From: Marsupella aquatica
Lineage: Eukaryota; Plantae; Marchantiophyta
Reading direction: 5' to 3'
NCBI GenBank assembly: GCA_973895155.1
Contig: OZ316892.1
Location: 25,877,233 to 25,941,232 of the forward strand
Length of the DNA: 64,000 bases
The position numbers were made by a program, and so were the translations under genes. The notes below the pieces were generated by a model. It made no database searches, was not told the origin of the DNA, and worked only from the letters and a program-made list of their open reading frames with translations. Below, in pieces: positions 37,851 to 50,457 of this stretch (positions within the stretch are counted from its first letter, which is position 1; each line of letters opens with the position of its first letter).

Positions 37851-39208
37851 GAGTGCGCCACCAAAAGCCTTTGCTGGAGCCCTCGAAAGCAAATGAATCA
37901 CTCACAGGATCCCAGGCGTGTCAAAAGCACTACAGTCGGCCCGTCAGGTCTCGATGGCCAGGACCGGGTGACAGGGTCGGGCCGGGAGGGTGTCGGGGGG
38001 CGCCGGGGGGCTACGGTCGGGGCGGCGGGTGGGGGGTCGTGGGGCGGCCGGGCCGGGAAGCGGTGGCCGGGCCTGGAAAGGAAGGGAAGGCCGGGGCGGG
38101 AAGGCCAGGCCGGGGCGGGGAGGACAGTCCGGGGTGTGGAGGGGAGTCCGGGTCGGGAAGGGGTGGCCAGGCCGGGGGAGTCCGGGCCGGGGAGGGAAGG
38201 CCAGGCCGGGGAGGAGGGAGTTCGGGCCGGGAAGGGGTGGCCGGGCCGGGGAGGGAAGTCCGGGCCGGGAAGAGGCAGTCAGGCCGGGGAGAGGCGGTCG
38301 GGCCAGGGAGAGGTGGTCGGGCATAAAGTGCGGCGGGCCGGGTGGGGTGGCGGCCATTAGGGTTTGGGCCCTATTAGGGTTCAGGCTGGGAAGGGTCGAG
38401 GCCGGCGGGAGGCGCGAGCTTGGGTCGGGGAGGAGGTGTTAAAAGGTGGAGAGGCCGGGCCTTTCCCCTCATTCTTCTTTGTGTTTTTTGCAGGAAAGGA
38501 GGAAAGGAGGAAAGGAGGAGGAGAGGAGGAGAGGAGGAGAGGTAAGTTTTTGCCTTTTGCCTCGTGTGTTTTGGTTTATTTTGGTTTGTGTTTTGTAAAA
38601 TGTTGTGTTTTTGCAACTTTTGTTTGCATTTTATAATTTCTTTTTTAGATAAATGGAGGGATATAAAGAGATTCTTGTGCGCGCATGCTTAGAGCTTCGG
38701 CTCGGCATGGGATATTTTGTCCAGGAGTCTTTTAATATCACCTTAACAATTTACGATCATTTATAAATTGAGTGAAACATTACGGAGATAGAGAAACTCA
38801 TGTACGCAAACTTGGAGCTTCGGTTCGGTCTGTGATACTTTGCATGGGTGTCACAATTCGCCGAAAATGTTTTCACTCTATCGACAAATGGTTGTTAAAT
38901 TATAGATATCACATAGATCCAAGTATGAATGTCGTAACTTTGAAAGAAAATAAGATTTTTGTGCACAAGCTTGGAGCTTTGGCTCGGCATAGGATAATTC
39001 ACAAATGTGTTCTCCCTTCTTTTATTGTTGTGACATTCAAAACATTAATAAAAATGAATTGCAATAAAAGTATAAAACGGGAGAGAGAGTGCATAACAAT
39101 TCACGTCGATCCGTGATTTTTAGGTTTTTTGTGGGCAGTTTATTGGAAGGAATTATTTTTGAGTGATAAGCTTTTACTTCTCTCACGTATCATTTTGGTG
39201 AAGCCACA

Positions 39209-40860
39209 ATGGACACTCCTCCTAGTGTAGAATATAGGCTATTGTTGGAAGCGATCACAAAAGTTTTGGATGAGGGGGGTGAACCGGATAGGATGGCTCT
39301 CGACGCACTCAGGAATGCACGAAATACTCTTGAGTATGCACAAACTATTGGCAAAGTGACTAGGAAGAGGAAACAAAGAGGGGGGAATGTTGAGGTCAAA
39401 CATGTTCGATTTAATGTGGTAGTGGCGATATGGAAAGAAGTACTATATCGCTACACTCAACCAAAGCAATATGAGGCAAATGCATTTGAGATGGACTTTA
39501 CCATGCACGGTTTGAAAGGATATAAGAAATTTGTGAACGAGATGACCCGTTGTATTCGTCAAAGTGTAAAGAATGAAGATAATTTCACACGAGAGCAGAT
39601 GGAGACATTTCGAGTTGAATCTGAGAAACCAAGAGGATTTATTGACAATTTGGCAATGAACTTGGAGATGAATATTTGGGATTTGTTGGTGACCAAATTG
39701 AGCTTGGATGATACTACATTGCTTGGAAATCCGGGGATGTATAAGCACAAGAGGGAGTTGTTAGTAACTTGGAGTAAAGAGTTGGCAATGGCAAAAGCCG
39801 AAAGCAACGTCAAATATATCAATAGGGTAATGCAGTTTGAGGATGTCAGTATCAAAAGTGATCCAAAAGGAACTCGTCCATCACGTGTAGTTCCAGAGGT
39901 TAGGAGTATTCATTTCCTTAAGCCTGAGCAGGTGCAAAATGCAAATTCCATCGGGAAAGGTGTCCAAGGAGAGGTATATACTTGTCACATATTAGATTAT
40001 CCACTTATTGTGATGAATGTCACACTAGTCGTAAAACGATTCAAAAAAGGAGATAAGCAAAAGATAAGAACAGATGCATTACAAGAAATATTTATGGGAG
40101 GATTGAATCACAAGAGAATTGTTGGGGCTTTGGCAATGACTATTGATGATCTATCGAGACTTGTCTATGATCACTACAATGGAGGTGATTTGGGAAGCTT
40201 CATATATAGATGCGGATTCTGGTCAAAGAGCAAAGGGAAATTACAAGGTACCTCCAACATTGATTTCAAGTTTGTTTATGAAAAGAAACGTTTTTTGGAG
40301 AACCGTTTGGGAATTGCCTTGGCATTGCTTGAGACACTACAATATTTGCATGAACAAGGTCGATCCCATTGTGATTTTCACTTTGAAAATATTATTCTTT
40401 ATTTTGACTATCAAAGTGATGTATCCATCAAAGTATATATTGGATTATGTGATTTTAGTTTGTCCAAACATAAATCACAAAACAAATTACTAGAGAATCG
40501 AATGTGGCCTACAGCTGCAAATAAAGTTGTGGCCTATCAAAAACAATATCCACAATTGGCTCTAGAGCTTGTTTCGCCCACTCCAGTAAAGTATAGCCAA
40601 GCAACTTATATATATGCTTTGGGCAACATTTTTGAGAGTCTATTTTTAGAGAATTGAAATGGTGCGTCTTTGAAAACACGATGATTGGGTAGAGATTGGA
40701 ATGCCTTGGAGCATGGTCCTAAATTGGAAGCAATGGTTCGTGATATGATGGTCATAGAGGTGAAGAAAATACAGGATTGTGCCTTTTGGAGTTTAAAGAT
40801 GGTTTAGATATTTCAGGATTGTAGACTATTTGCGCAAAATAGTCCTTATCTTAGAGATTA
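39209..40860 (+). pseudogene. Intronless protein kinase ORF (cargo of the hAT element), C-lobe end interrupted by stops
   Basis: 482-aa ORF with IGKGVQGEVY, VVKRF, ALQE, LQYLHEQGRSHCDFHFENII, CDFSLSK and LALE. The frame continues past TGA 40655 with further stops. Confidence 0.75.
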
Positions 40861-41025
40861 GAGATTAGAAACTCGGCCCTCCAATTACCACATGAAGTCA
40901 TGAACACTTACATGGTCAATATGAAGTGATATGTATTACTTATTTGTTCATATTGTTGTGACCTACCTTTGGTGAATATTTCAATTTATTCTAAATTTAT
41001 TTTGACATTTGTAGATCTTGCAAAC

Positions 41026-42700
41026 ATGGCACGATGGGATTTGAAATCTGATGATGATGAAAGGATTCAAAAGTGAAATATGATTAGACCTATTATCATG
41101 CAAGATGGTTAAGGATCTTACTTTGATCAGTACAACCATGATGTTGATATCTTATCACAAGATCCAATAACTGGGTTGGAATATGAGTCTAAACCCAAGG
41201 TTTATAGTGATATTGGTACGGACAACAGTAACCCGTTGCAAAATATATCAAACTTGGAGGATGAAAGTATTGATCTGGAATGGAATATCACAACAAAAAA
41301 TGTCAAACCTCCTCATGATGAATGGCCCATCAACCCAAATGAATTGGAGATTTTGATACCCAAAGCAGAGTTTGGGAAATTTGCAAAAATATTTTTTGAT
41401 GATGCAGATATGTGGGCAACAAAATCTTGGTCATAGGAAAAATTTACCATGTCAATGGTAACACATCTAGCTGTTTCCACGTATTGGCAACAAAGATTTT
41501 GAGAGTTTGCTCTAAACAAGGCAAACGGGAAAATTGGTTTTGTTTATCCTTCTTTTCTCTAATGTCTGATTGCAGAGTTCATTCTAAATTGGAAAGTGGA
41601 TTACCATTGGGAAAACAATAATGACAAGGTGACTCATTTGGTGCATAAATTAGTGTTTGCAATTGCAGCAAATAGAAGTAAAAGTACAAGGAAAGATAAT
41701 TATTCAATTGCTTCTTCCAACAAGGGGTGCAAAAGAAAGTTGAATGATGCGCAAAAGGTCAATATGCAACAAAAGGAAAAAGCAATTATAATTTCACAAT
41801 TCTTTGTAAAGCCTGAGCTAGCAACCACACCAAACAATGTGGAGTCTCCCAATAGCAAAAGACCAAACCTTTCAGATGTTGGGAGTAGAACTTCACATGT
41901 AATCAACATCGATGCTTTCAATCCGAACAAGGAGAGGTTGAGCATGCAACATGTATGCAAGAGCTTGGGAGCAGAGGTTGGTGATTTCATTGAGAAGAAT
42001 CTTTGCACAAAGTATGCAGTTGATCTTTGTGAACCTGGCAGCATTAAAAGGTACAAGATAAAACTACAAGAAGTTGATTTGCAGATAAAATCTTAGAAAA
42101 AAAGGCACATGGAATCGGCGACCAATTTTGAGGTGAAGGAGTACAAGGTTCAATTATTTGACAAGATGGAAAAAATCAAGAAGCTAATCAATTCAATGAC
42201 TTGCCCAAAGAGAAGGTCAATCTAATCAAGTGGCAAAATTAGAGAAGAAAAACAAAGTCATCAATGATCTTTAGAATGAAATGCATCTCAACAGGTCATG
42301 ATCATTAAAAAATTGCACGAGGAGATAGACAATTTCAACAATGGTGATTTGGGATGTGGGTCAAACAAAGGGACATCAGAGGATTTTGTTCAATGCAGAT
42401 CATTGATCCTACAGGACACAATAACATTTTTCCAAATGTGGATTCTAGTGCAGAAGGTATTGAGAAATATTTTGATAAGTGGAAAAATGATGAAAACTAT
42501 GGCAACATTTTTTCCTAAAAATGATGGAACATGTACTTGGTGCTTATATCCATTGGACCCCGAATCTTTTTCCATGTTGGGAACTTGCGATCATATATGG
42601 TATCATGCTTGCTTATTTAGATGGTTGAAGAAAATCCAAAAATGTTGATGTCGCACACCATTTCATCAACGCGAATATGAGCAACGAAAAATTGTTGAAC
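41026..42700 (+). pseudogene. Decayed ORF ending in a RING-H2-like finger
   Basis: ORF pieces 41176-41436, 41596-42096 and 42298-42648. The last reads CTWCLYPLDPESFSMLGTCDHIWYHACLFRWLKKIQKC*CRTPF (C-x2-C..C-x-H-x2-H-x2-C..W..C..C). Confidence 0.6.
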
Positions 42701-44779
42701 CAAAGAGATATTTACAAATGACATGAAACAACAAACAGTAATAGGAAATAGAAACTGGTAACAAAAAAATGGGCAGAATTTTTTTGAATTTTTTTGAATA
42801 TTTCTTTTTGAGAAATAAAGTTTTTTTTATTGACAACTTTTTTTTGCTAGCGCCCAAAACTAGCTAAAAATGTTGTATTCTTAATGTTTTTTGAAAATAA
42901 AACTTTTCTTGATGACAGTAACTTTTTGTTGGTAAGAGCATGATCCAAACAAGAAACAAATTTTTGTTTACCTGTTTCTTGTCTCCGTCGCTATACCCAA
43001 ACCAAATGTCAACAATGGAGACATAACAAGACATTGAATAAATGACACAAGAGAGTCTAGCAATGACGCAAATAGCGTCATTCACTCCCATTGAAGAATT
43101 TACAATCAATGAGTATAATTTGTCAAATGACAAATTTGACAGGTTGATCCTCAGTGGTCGATTCAATGAATGAAAAGAATATGTTGCAGCCAACCAGCCA
43201 ATAATAGACAAGCAAAATATGCAACGATCTATTTATCGTCATCAACAACGTCAAATAGCAGGCGAAAGTAAAAGCAAAAGCCGTTGACATCAATGACAAA
43301 AAAACTAAAACCAGTAGTTGGTAGATTTTGATGTAGTTTTGATCCAATTAGTATTAGAGACTTTTTCTTATACCAACACCTGCAAACATCTTGGACAATT
43401 ATTTTTAAGTTATAATTGGTAAAGAAATGTTGCAATGGCATCATATTTCATTTCCCATTCAGTTACCTCATCTGTCATCGAGGCTAGGATATCGCATTTT
43501 GGCTCAGCTCGTGTGGTGTGTTTATGTATGTGTGTGAGATTATCTTTTTAAGATACACTGCTACTCTTATGATGTAGTTGAGTAGAATAACGTTGTACCT
43601 ACAAAGGACAAACCCACACACATTCAGACAATTCAAAGGCTAGACAAAAAATGTCTAACTCACAACTCTTACAATACTCATCATTTACTCCAAGAGGTTA
43701 GGGCGGTATTACAAATTAAGCCTTTATGGTTGTATCCAATGATAACGTACGGTCCTGTGCCTTAATGATGTTAACTTTCTCGTTTTTCTCATTCCTATCC
43801 GTGATGATTGATAAACGACCATCAACGGGCATAATGAGAAGAATTTAAGAGAGGCAACATCATTAAGGTGGAAAACCCTACTTTGTTGTGAAATTTGTCG
43901 TTTGGTGGGTGCATGGAATACTGATTTCAATGGGAGTGCAAGGGTGTGGATTGACGGCCTTTGAATCGTTTATGTTTAATGATTCATTTTGCTTGCATAA
44001 GACTAATAATTAATGCAGGTTTGGGTCTCTATCTATTTTGAGAATGTAAATAAAGATTAATTATTCATATGAAATACAACAATAAAGAAATTGACACTAA
44101 AAAAACACCATTGTTATGAAACTCAATAACTGAAATTCATAAAAAAATGATACATTGCTATTGTCATTAAGGACAATACAATGGTAACAAAGCATGTTAA
44201 TATCATAATAAAACAACATCTCAAGGCTTTGAAAGGAAATTCCTAGTGTTGTTGCAATTTTGCTAAAAAGTTTGATTCTACTCTTCTTTTGCAGCCCATG
44301 CGACTAAATCACGATTATGTGTATCTACATTCCTTTGAGCTTGTTGAAATGATGACGTTCTTTAAAATCCACCACCAATAGGTCTGTTCAATATATATGC
44401 ATTCATCACACTAGGCCCTCCATACTCATTGAAGATTGCAACAGCTTGTTGCCATGGTGCATGTGTGTTGTCCAAAGATTGACCTTGTACATCATTGTGT
44501 TGTTGAAAAATAGTCGATCTGCTTCCCTCCAAATGATGCCCTTGTATGCTACTGCGTTATTGAACAAAGTATGATCTACTTGGGTCGACATTATTGTGGA
44601 CGTTCAATGATGGATAAGCCCAAGATGAGTTTGGCTGGGAAGGCATTACAAAGTTTGAATACAATGATGCATGATCCTCATCTTCAAATTGAGACTCGTC
44701 AATTTTACGATACATCTCAAAATCCATTCTATTCTCCCATTCACCTGCATCACTTACGTCTTTATCCGGTGGAACGTAC

Positions 44780-47141
44780 GCATGAAAAAGTTATTCTCTT
44801 TATCTAATGATAATCCTTATAGTGCTTATTGACATCATCAATTGTATCAAAATCTTTAACATCTTCTTGTCCAAGAGCTGCACGTGTTGCATCATACCCT
44901 TCATTGTCGAAGCACTCCATGGATAATGGCCTAACACCATTATTTGTTGCTATTATTTCTTCTCGATCATAACTTTTATAAGCCTTTTTTTCACTCTCAT
45001 GTTTGTGAATACAAACACTAAATTCTTTGCTTGATCATTTGTCAATCTATTTGCAGAATATATAAATCCATATGAACTTCACTTTTGTTCACACGCGGAT
45101 GTGCATATTTTTTGGTGACAGATTTTTCCAACCATAACTCTTAAATCTTTATAATCAGCACCATATGAATGCCATTGATCACTCTCCTAGATTGACATGA
45201 CTTGTACTTGATTGGGCTCCTCTCATGGTTATTGTTGTGTTTGGCAATTTTTTTTGCGCCTCAATTGCTTGCATTTGGATGACATAAATGAGTGCATTGA
45301 CCTTGCAATCGTGGTTGATTCACTCCTTCACCTAGCTTGTGTTTTGCATATCTGGCAATATATTCATTGAAATTAACCTTTACACAGTTCTCCATCTCTT
45401 GCAACATCTTGGTTCTCATAAAAAAACATATGAGGATTGATACATGTTGCAACTAGCACAAAATCAATAGTAAGAGATTCTTTTTGATCCATGTATACTT
45501 TTAGTATCATTGGCTTCAAGTACTCTATTACCAATGAACACTCCTTCATGCTTGCCTTGAGATAAGTAATCCCCATTTTCAAACTCCAATACAACCACAC
45601 AGACTGGGGTGAATTACCATCAAATTTGTGTAGCATCTTCACCAACAGAAGAAAAGAAGTTAACTATAGCCTTTACTTGAGCCCAAAATGCATCTTGTTG
45701 TATCCATGCTTTAAGTTTCTTTGCCTTTCCCCTTATCATATGCCCATCTGACTTTGGTCGCACTAGAAGTCTATTATGATAAGATTCTCATTTATCATCA
45801 ATGACCATTTGTTATAGAGGTCCTCTTAGCTCCAATGCTCTTTGCGCCATTAGAAAATTGGTTGCAAATCTCATTGCATTTGGATTCAATAGTTTTTTAT
45901 AAGCAGATTTTCTCACAAATATTGCAAAAAGCTTTTGCGATGATAAAACTTCTTTTACTATTCACCTCAAGCATTTAAAATTCAGTTTGAATGGATTCTG
46001 TTCGCTCTCATCTACCATAATTTTCTTATGACCACACATGTCGTCTAGCAAAAAATTAAATACATGGGCAACACACCAACTCCAAGTGACATGTGGATAT
46101 TTTTCATTACTATGTCACAACCTATTATGCAATTTACAGGTGCACCATCAGTTACAAATTTGTATGCTGTGATCCAGACCAATTTTCTTGATATATTTCA
46201 GCCACATTTCTCCAAAATGCTTTCTAGCTTTTCAATCAGCTTGCGCTGCATTCCAACTATCCAAGAAAAAATCTCATTTAGAAGTCAACAACATGACATT
46301 CATCAACAGTTCTCTACGGATGTTTTTCCATCCATCTGATGAAAGAGAATATCCAAAATAATTTGCTTCCTTCATGGTTTTGGTGATGTCTTTTGTGAGA
46401 TCTTCCTTTGCCTCCTCCAACAACTTCACTCGCAAATTTTGCACAATGGGAAGAGAATACCCATTTACAATTCCTTTTGAAGTCTCATGTGTTGCTTCTC
46501 AAAAATAAGGATTCCGTGAACCATTGATTGCAATACCACTTGTGTAGAATGCTTTTGCCCAAAGCTTGTCCCAATATGTTATATTTGGAATTTGATAGAC
46601 ATCCATAATTGGGTTGGAAAGACTTTTTGCCCTAGCCCTAGCAGTCATATTTGACTCCTCCTCCATTTGAAGATGGTTGTACTCTTGTGTGGATGCTTCT
46701 AAATTGGAAGCTCTAATATCTAGCATGCAACCTCTTGCATCCCGCAAGATATGGGTTCCATCCCGCAAGATATGGGTTCCATCCCTTTGTTTGTAATTGA
46801 CAGCACGTGGAACTTTGATGACATTGTATATCTTGTTGATTTCATCCAAGTCAACATGACCATACAGTCCTAGGCATGGTGACGCATTCCTTTTCATGAT
46901 GTTTCCCATCAAATGTGCCTTTGCTCGTATTGCATAAAAAAATATTATATGTTTTGTAGAACTTGCATTTTTGATACATACAGTTGACATCATTACATGT
47001 TGGTGGTGTTTCACATAGTTCAAAATATTTCCTCACTACAAAAAATTTTGCACTACGGTCCCGAGAATGATTTAGACCATGCCTAGGGGTAGTGGAATGA
47101 TATCCAGATTCACCGGACTCTTCCTCATCGGAAGACAACAT
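44780..47141 (-). pseudogene. Degenerate hAT transposase (BED-like finger, DUF659, hATC dimerisation region)
   Basis: Minus-strand fragments: RKYFELC..CMYQKC (BED-like), DKLWAKAFYTSGIAINGSRNPYF, W..CVAHVFNFLLDD (~46085), NAMRFATNFLMAQRALELR (~45880-45825) and TSACEQK* (~45100). Many frameshifts and stops. Confidence 0.8.
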
Positions 47142-50100
47142 TGAGAAGAAAGAAGACTCTATTGTCTAAAGAATGAGAGCGTCATATCCTATCCAACGCA
47201 CACTGAATTTAAATAAATTTAACATTGCAAAATAAGTATTTGCTCGATGTGTAGCTATCCATGTCAAAAGAATATATAACACATGATACTATGCAAGCAA
47301 AACAACAAATAAATTAAACAACCACATTTCACAACATTTTTTTGTCCCTGAAATACATGACTATTATTTTCCTTTTTTAAATTTTTGGTTGTAAGAAATA
47401 TAAAAGAGTATGATACTTTGCTGAATTATCCCAGCCTGAGCCAAAACTCCAAGATTGCACAAACAAAGTTTCCCGATCTCTCATACTTGCCTACATTCCT
47501 ACTTTGTCCTAAGTTATAGAATATGTATAACTTAACAACCATTTATCTGTCAAGTGAAAGTATTTTAAAGGAATCGTGACACACATGTGAAATATCACAT
47601 ACCGAGCCAAGACTCCAAGTATATGCATATGAGTTTCTCTATCCTCAAAAATATTTTGCTTCTAAGTAAAAAAATGACTTTGTCAAGTTGTTAAGGCAAT
47701 ATAATAAACTCTTGTACAAAATATCCCAAGCTGAGACCGGGGCTGAGCCAAGGCACCAAGCCTACGTGTGCAAGACTTCTTACATATCCCTCCATTTTAG
47801 AATAGACATAATGGGAATTATAAAACCATCACAAAAAAGGAAGCATAAGCAACACTAAAACAAATCTAAACTTTAATTTGAACCAAAACATACCTTTCTA
47901 CTTTTTCTCCCCATTAGCCAAGCTGCATGAGAGTTGTAGTGTTGCAGAATGATAAAAAAACATCAAGAGTGTCCCCTTTTATCCCCTTGCCAAAGCCCCT
48001 CGGACCCAACCCTTTGAACCCTAACACTCATCGCCACCCAACCCCTAACCCTAATCCCGGCCGCCCGACCCTGCCAAACCCCGACCCTTATCCTCGGCCC
48101 CGACCACTCCCCGGCCCAGTCCTGTCCCAACTCCCTCCCGGCCCGGAGCCCTCCTCGGTCCTGACCCATCCCTAAACCCAACCACTATTCCCTGGCCGGG
48201 TGGAGGGTCGGGCCCTGGTTGGGAAAAAGGGATTCGGGAGAGTTTGGGACTGGGCCGGGAGGGTTCGGGACAAATCGGGACCCAGTCAGGGAATATACAA
48301 GAATATCCGATAACTTCCTCATTTTTGACCCGACAAATGACAAGTTGTCGTGTCCGACAAACGACAACGTGTTCGACAGCTCACCTCGGGCGTAGTTCTG
48401 TCAGTGAAAGCCCCATCAAAGAACAATCCGTCCCCATTTCCGGTGAATGTTATGAAGATAAGTACTAGCCCCCAAAATATATTATTTATTCACATTTTTG
48501 AAGATTAATAAAATAATTTAAAAATCATCATATTATCATTTTAATAATCATATATAACATACCATACTCTTTTTTACACAAATCACTCTTTCTATGCACA
48601 CATATTATAAGAAGGCCATAGAATTCATTTTCTGATATAAATAGAAATTATGACAAAAAATTATTCTCATTTGACATACATCATAATCATGATTTTTCTT
48701 ATCCACATGATGAGCCATGGAGTTAGGCTTCACTCTAGAAACCTACCCAACTCTAGCTTGTAGTTGACGAGCCTCTACTATGATTAGATTGCTTGACCCT
48801 CTTATGTAGCTCACACTGGAACTCTATGATGCTCTTCAGTTTGCCAATCTGTAGGCTTTGGGTTTTTGGTTTTTGGGTTTGCAAAATTCTTTTGTTTCAT
48901 TGCTTCTTGGCCTTTCTTGGCCTTGTGGTTGTCCCCCCTTGATTGGGTCTTTTGCTTGAGGGATCATGTCTCCTGGTTGGGCGCCCTTTGTTTTTGGCAG
49001 TTAAAATATAATATATATCTTTAAACGCAAATTCACTCACCTTTCAAAGGGGCAAAGAATTGGTTGATTCCTAGACAGATGTGAAGCTATTGCTCAAACA
49101 AAGCAGTGCGACTATCTGCTTGATTCCAATCAATTATGGTAAAGCTATGGCTCAACAAGCACCATGGGTATCTAACTGTCCTTCGTTGTCGATTTAAAGG
49201 TTTAGGGGTTGGCACTCCCATCGACGGGACCAGCTTACGGGGCATGTTTTCTATGCCCGTCCCAATGCCCATCATATTTTACTCAAAATCAGCTTTGACA
49301 CACCTTCTAACTTAATCCACAGATGACTACTAGTGGCTCCCATACTTAAAAGCACAAAAAGGGCCAATCCTGGAGAAGGCAGGACAAAGGCTCCACACCT
49401 GGAGACAAGAACATTAAGGTAGAAGACACCCAATAGGGCGTCTCAAAACTAGTTCAGAAGTAACCCCCACCAGAAAAGTAGGTAGAAATATATGTACTAC
49501 CTAAACTGGCAGTTGATAAGTGTTTATGGATGTACTTTAACATCTTCCTATGGGGGCAGACTGTGATAGCCATACTTGACTTTTGAGATGCCCGACTAGA
49601 GGAAAGAAAACAATGAGAAAACCAAAGAGCCAAAATAACCAGTGAGTCCCAGACTGGCAACGGAACTAAAAGCCTACTCAACATTGAATTGAAAAACCCT
49701 GGTAAACCTGAGGAGTAAACCACATGGGAGGGTCACCAAGAAGAATATCACTAGAAGCCATAAAACCAATGACCTCAGCCCTCTGAAGGATAGTGAATGT
49801 CTGATCCCTTATAGTGGAACAGACATGATATCCTATGAATTTGTTATGAACTTGATTAAAATGCCTATAAACTCTGTTTTAGATGAACATTAATCTTTGT
49901 AATTTGTACAAGCTAATCTGACCACAAGTGAAACTCTTCACCTGATCTCCTGCCCCCAACCATGGAACCCCAACCCATCTCCTCCCGACCCTGTGCAACT
50001 CATGCTTTCTACTTTGACTCTCCTCCCTACTCACCATCTATCTGAGACCCTGATCCCCAAAACAGTCATCTTCCATGCTGACCAGCATTTCCCTTGCTGT

Positions 50101-50457
50101 CAAACTTACTTGTCTCCCCTCCTTAAACTGCCACTAGCCAAGACAAAAATGTGGTTACACAGATTTCATCATTTTTTGAATATTTTCCAAAATTGGGGAG
50201 CAAAGTCTCATGGTAGAGGAGAAGAATGTGAAAAAGTGATAAATTTTGGACACTCCCCATTTTATATGGCCAGTGGTGGTTTAAGTGTGCCACTCCTGCC
50301 TTCTCTTTCAACTCCCTGTCCATGCAACTTCCACCTGTCCTATTGTGATGCCTAGCCAGGAATCACTCGGCTAGTTGAAGTGGAAATGGGAAGTGTACCC
50401 TAGAAACACCTTAGTATAGTTACAGAAATAAGAAAATATAAACAATTAAGGGTGACT

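Larger units (their letters stand above)
37930..48390 (-). mobile_element. Large hAT (DUF659-type) DNA transposon with long degenerate inverted repeats and cargo ORFs
   Basis: 38650-39005 is an imperfect reverse complement of 47417-47800. The G-rich ccggg tract 37940-38460 mirrors the C-rich tract 47990-48180. A degenerate transposase lies inside. Exact termini and TSD not resolved. Confidence 0.75.

Noticed and set aside
37536-38636. Several long overlapping Gly/Arg/Pro-rich ORFs
   Set aside because: Artefacts of the stop-poor GC-rich transposon end and the antisense of Bin3 exon 1
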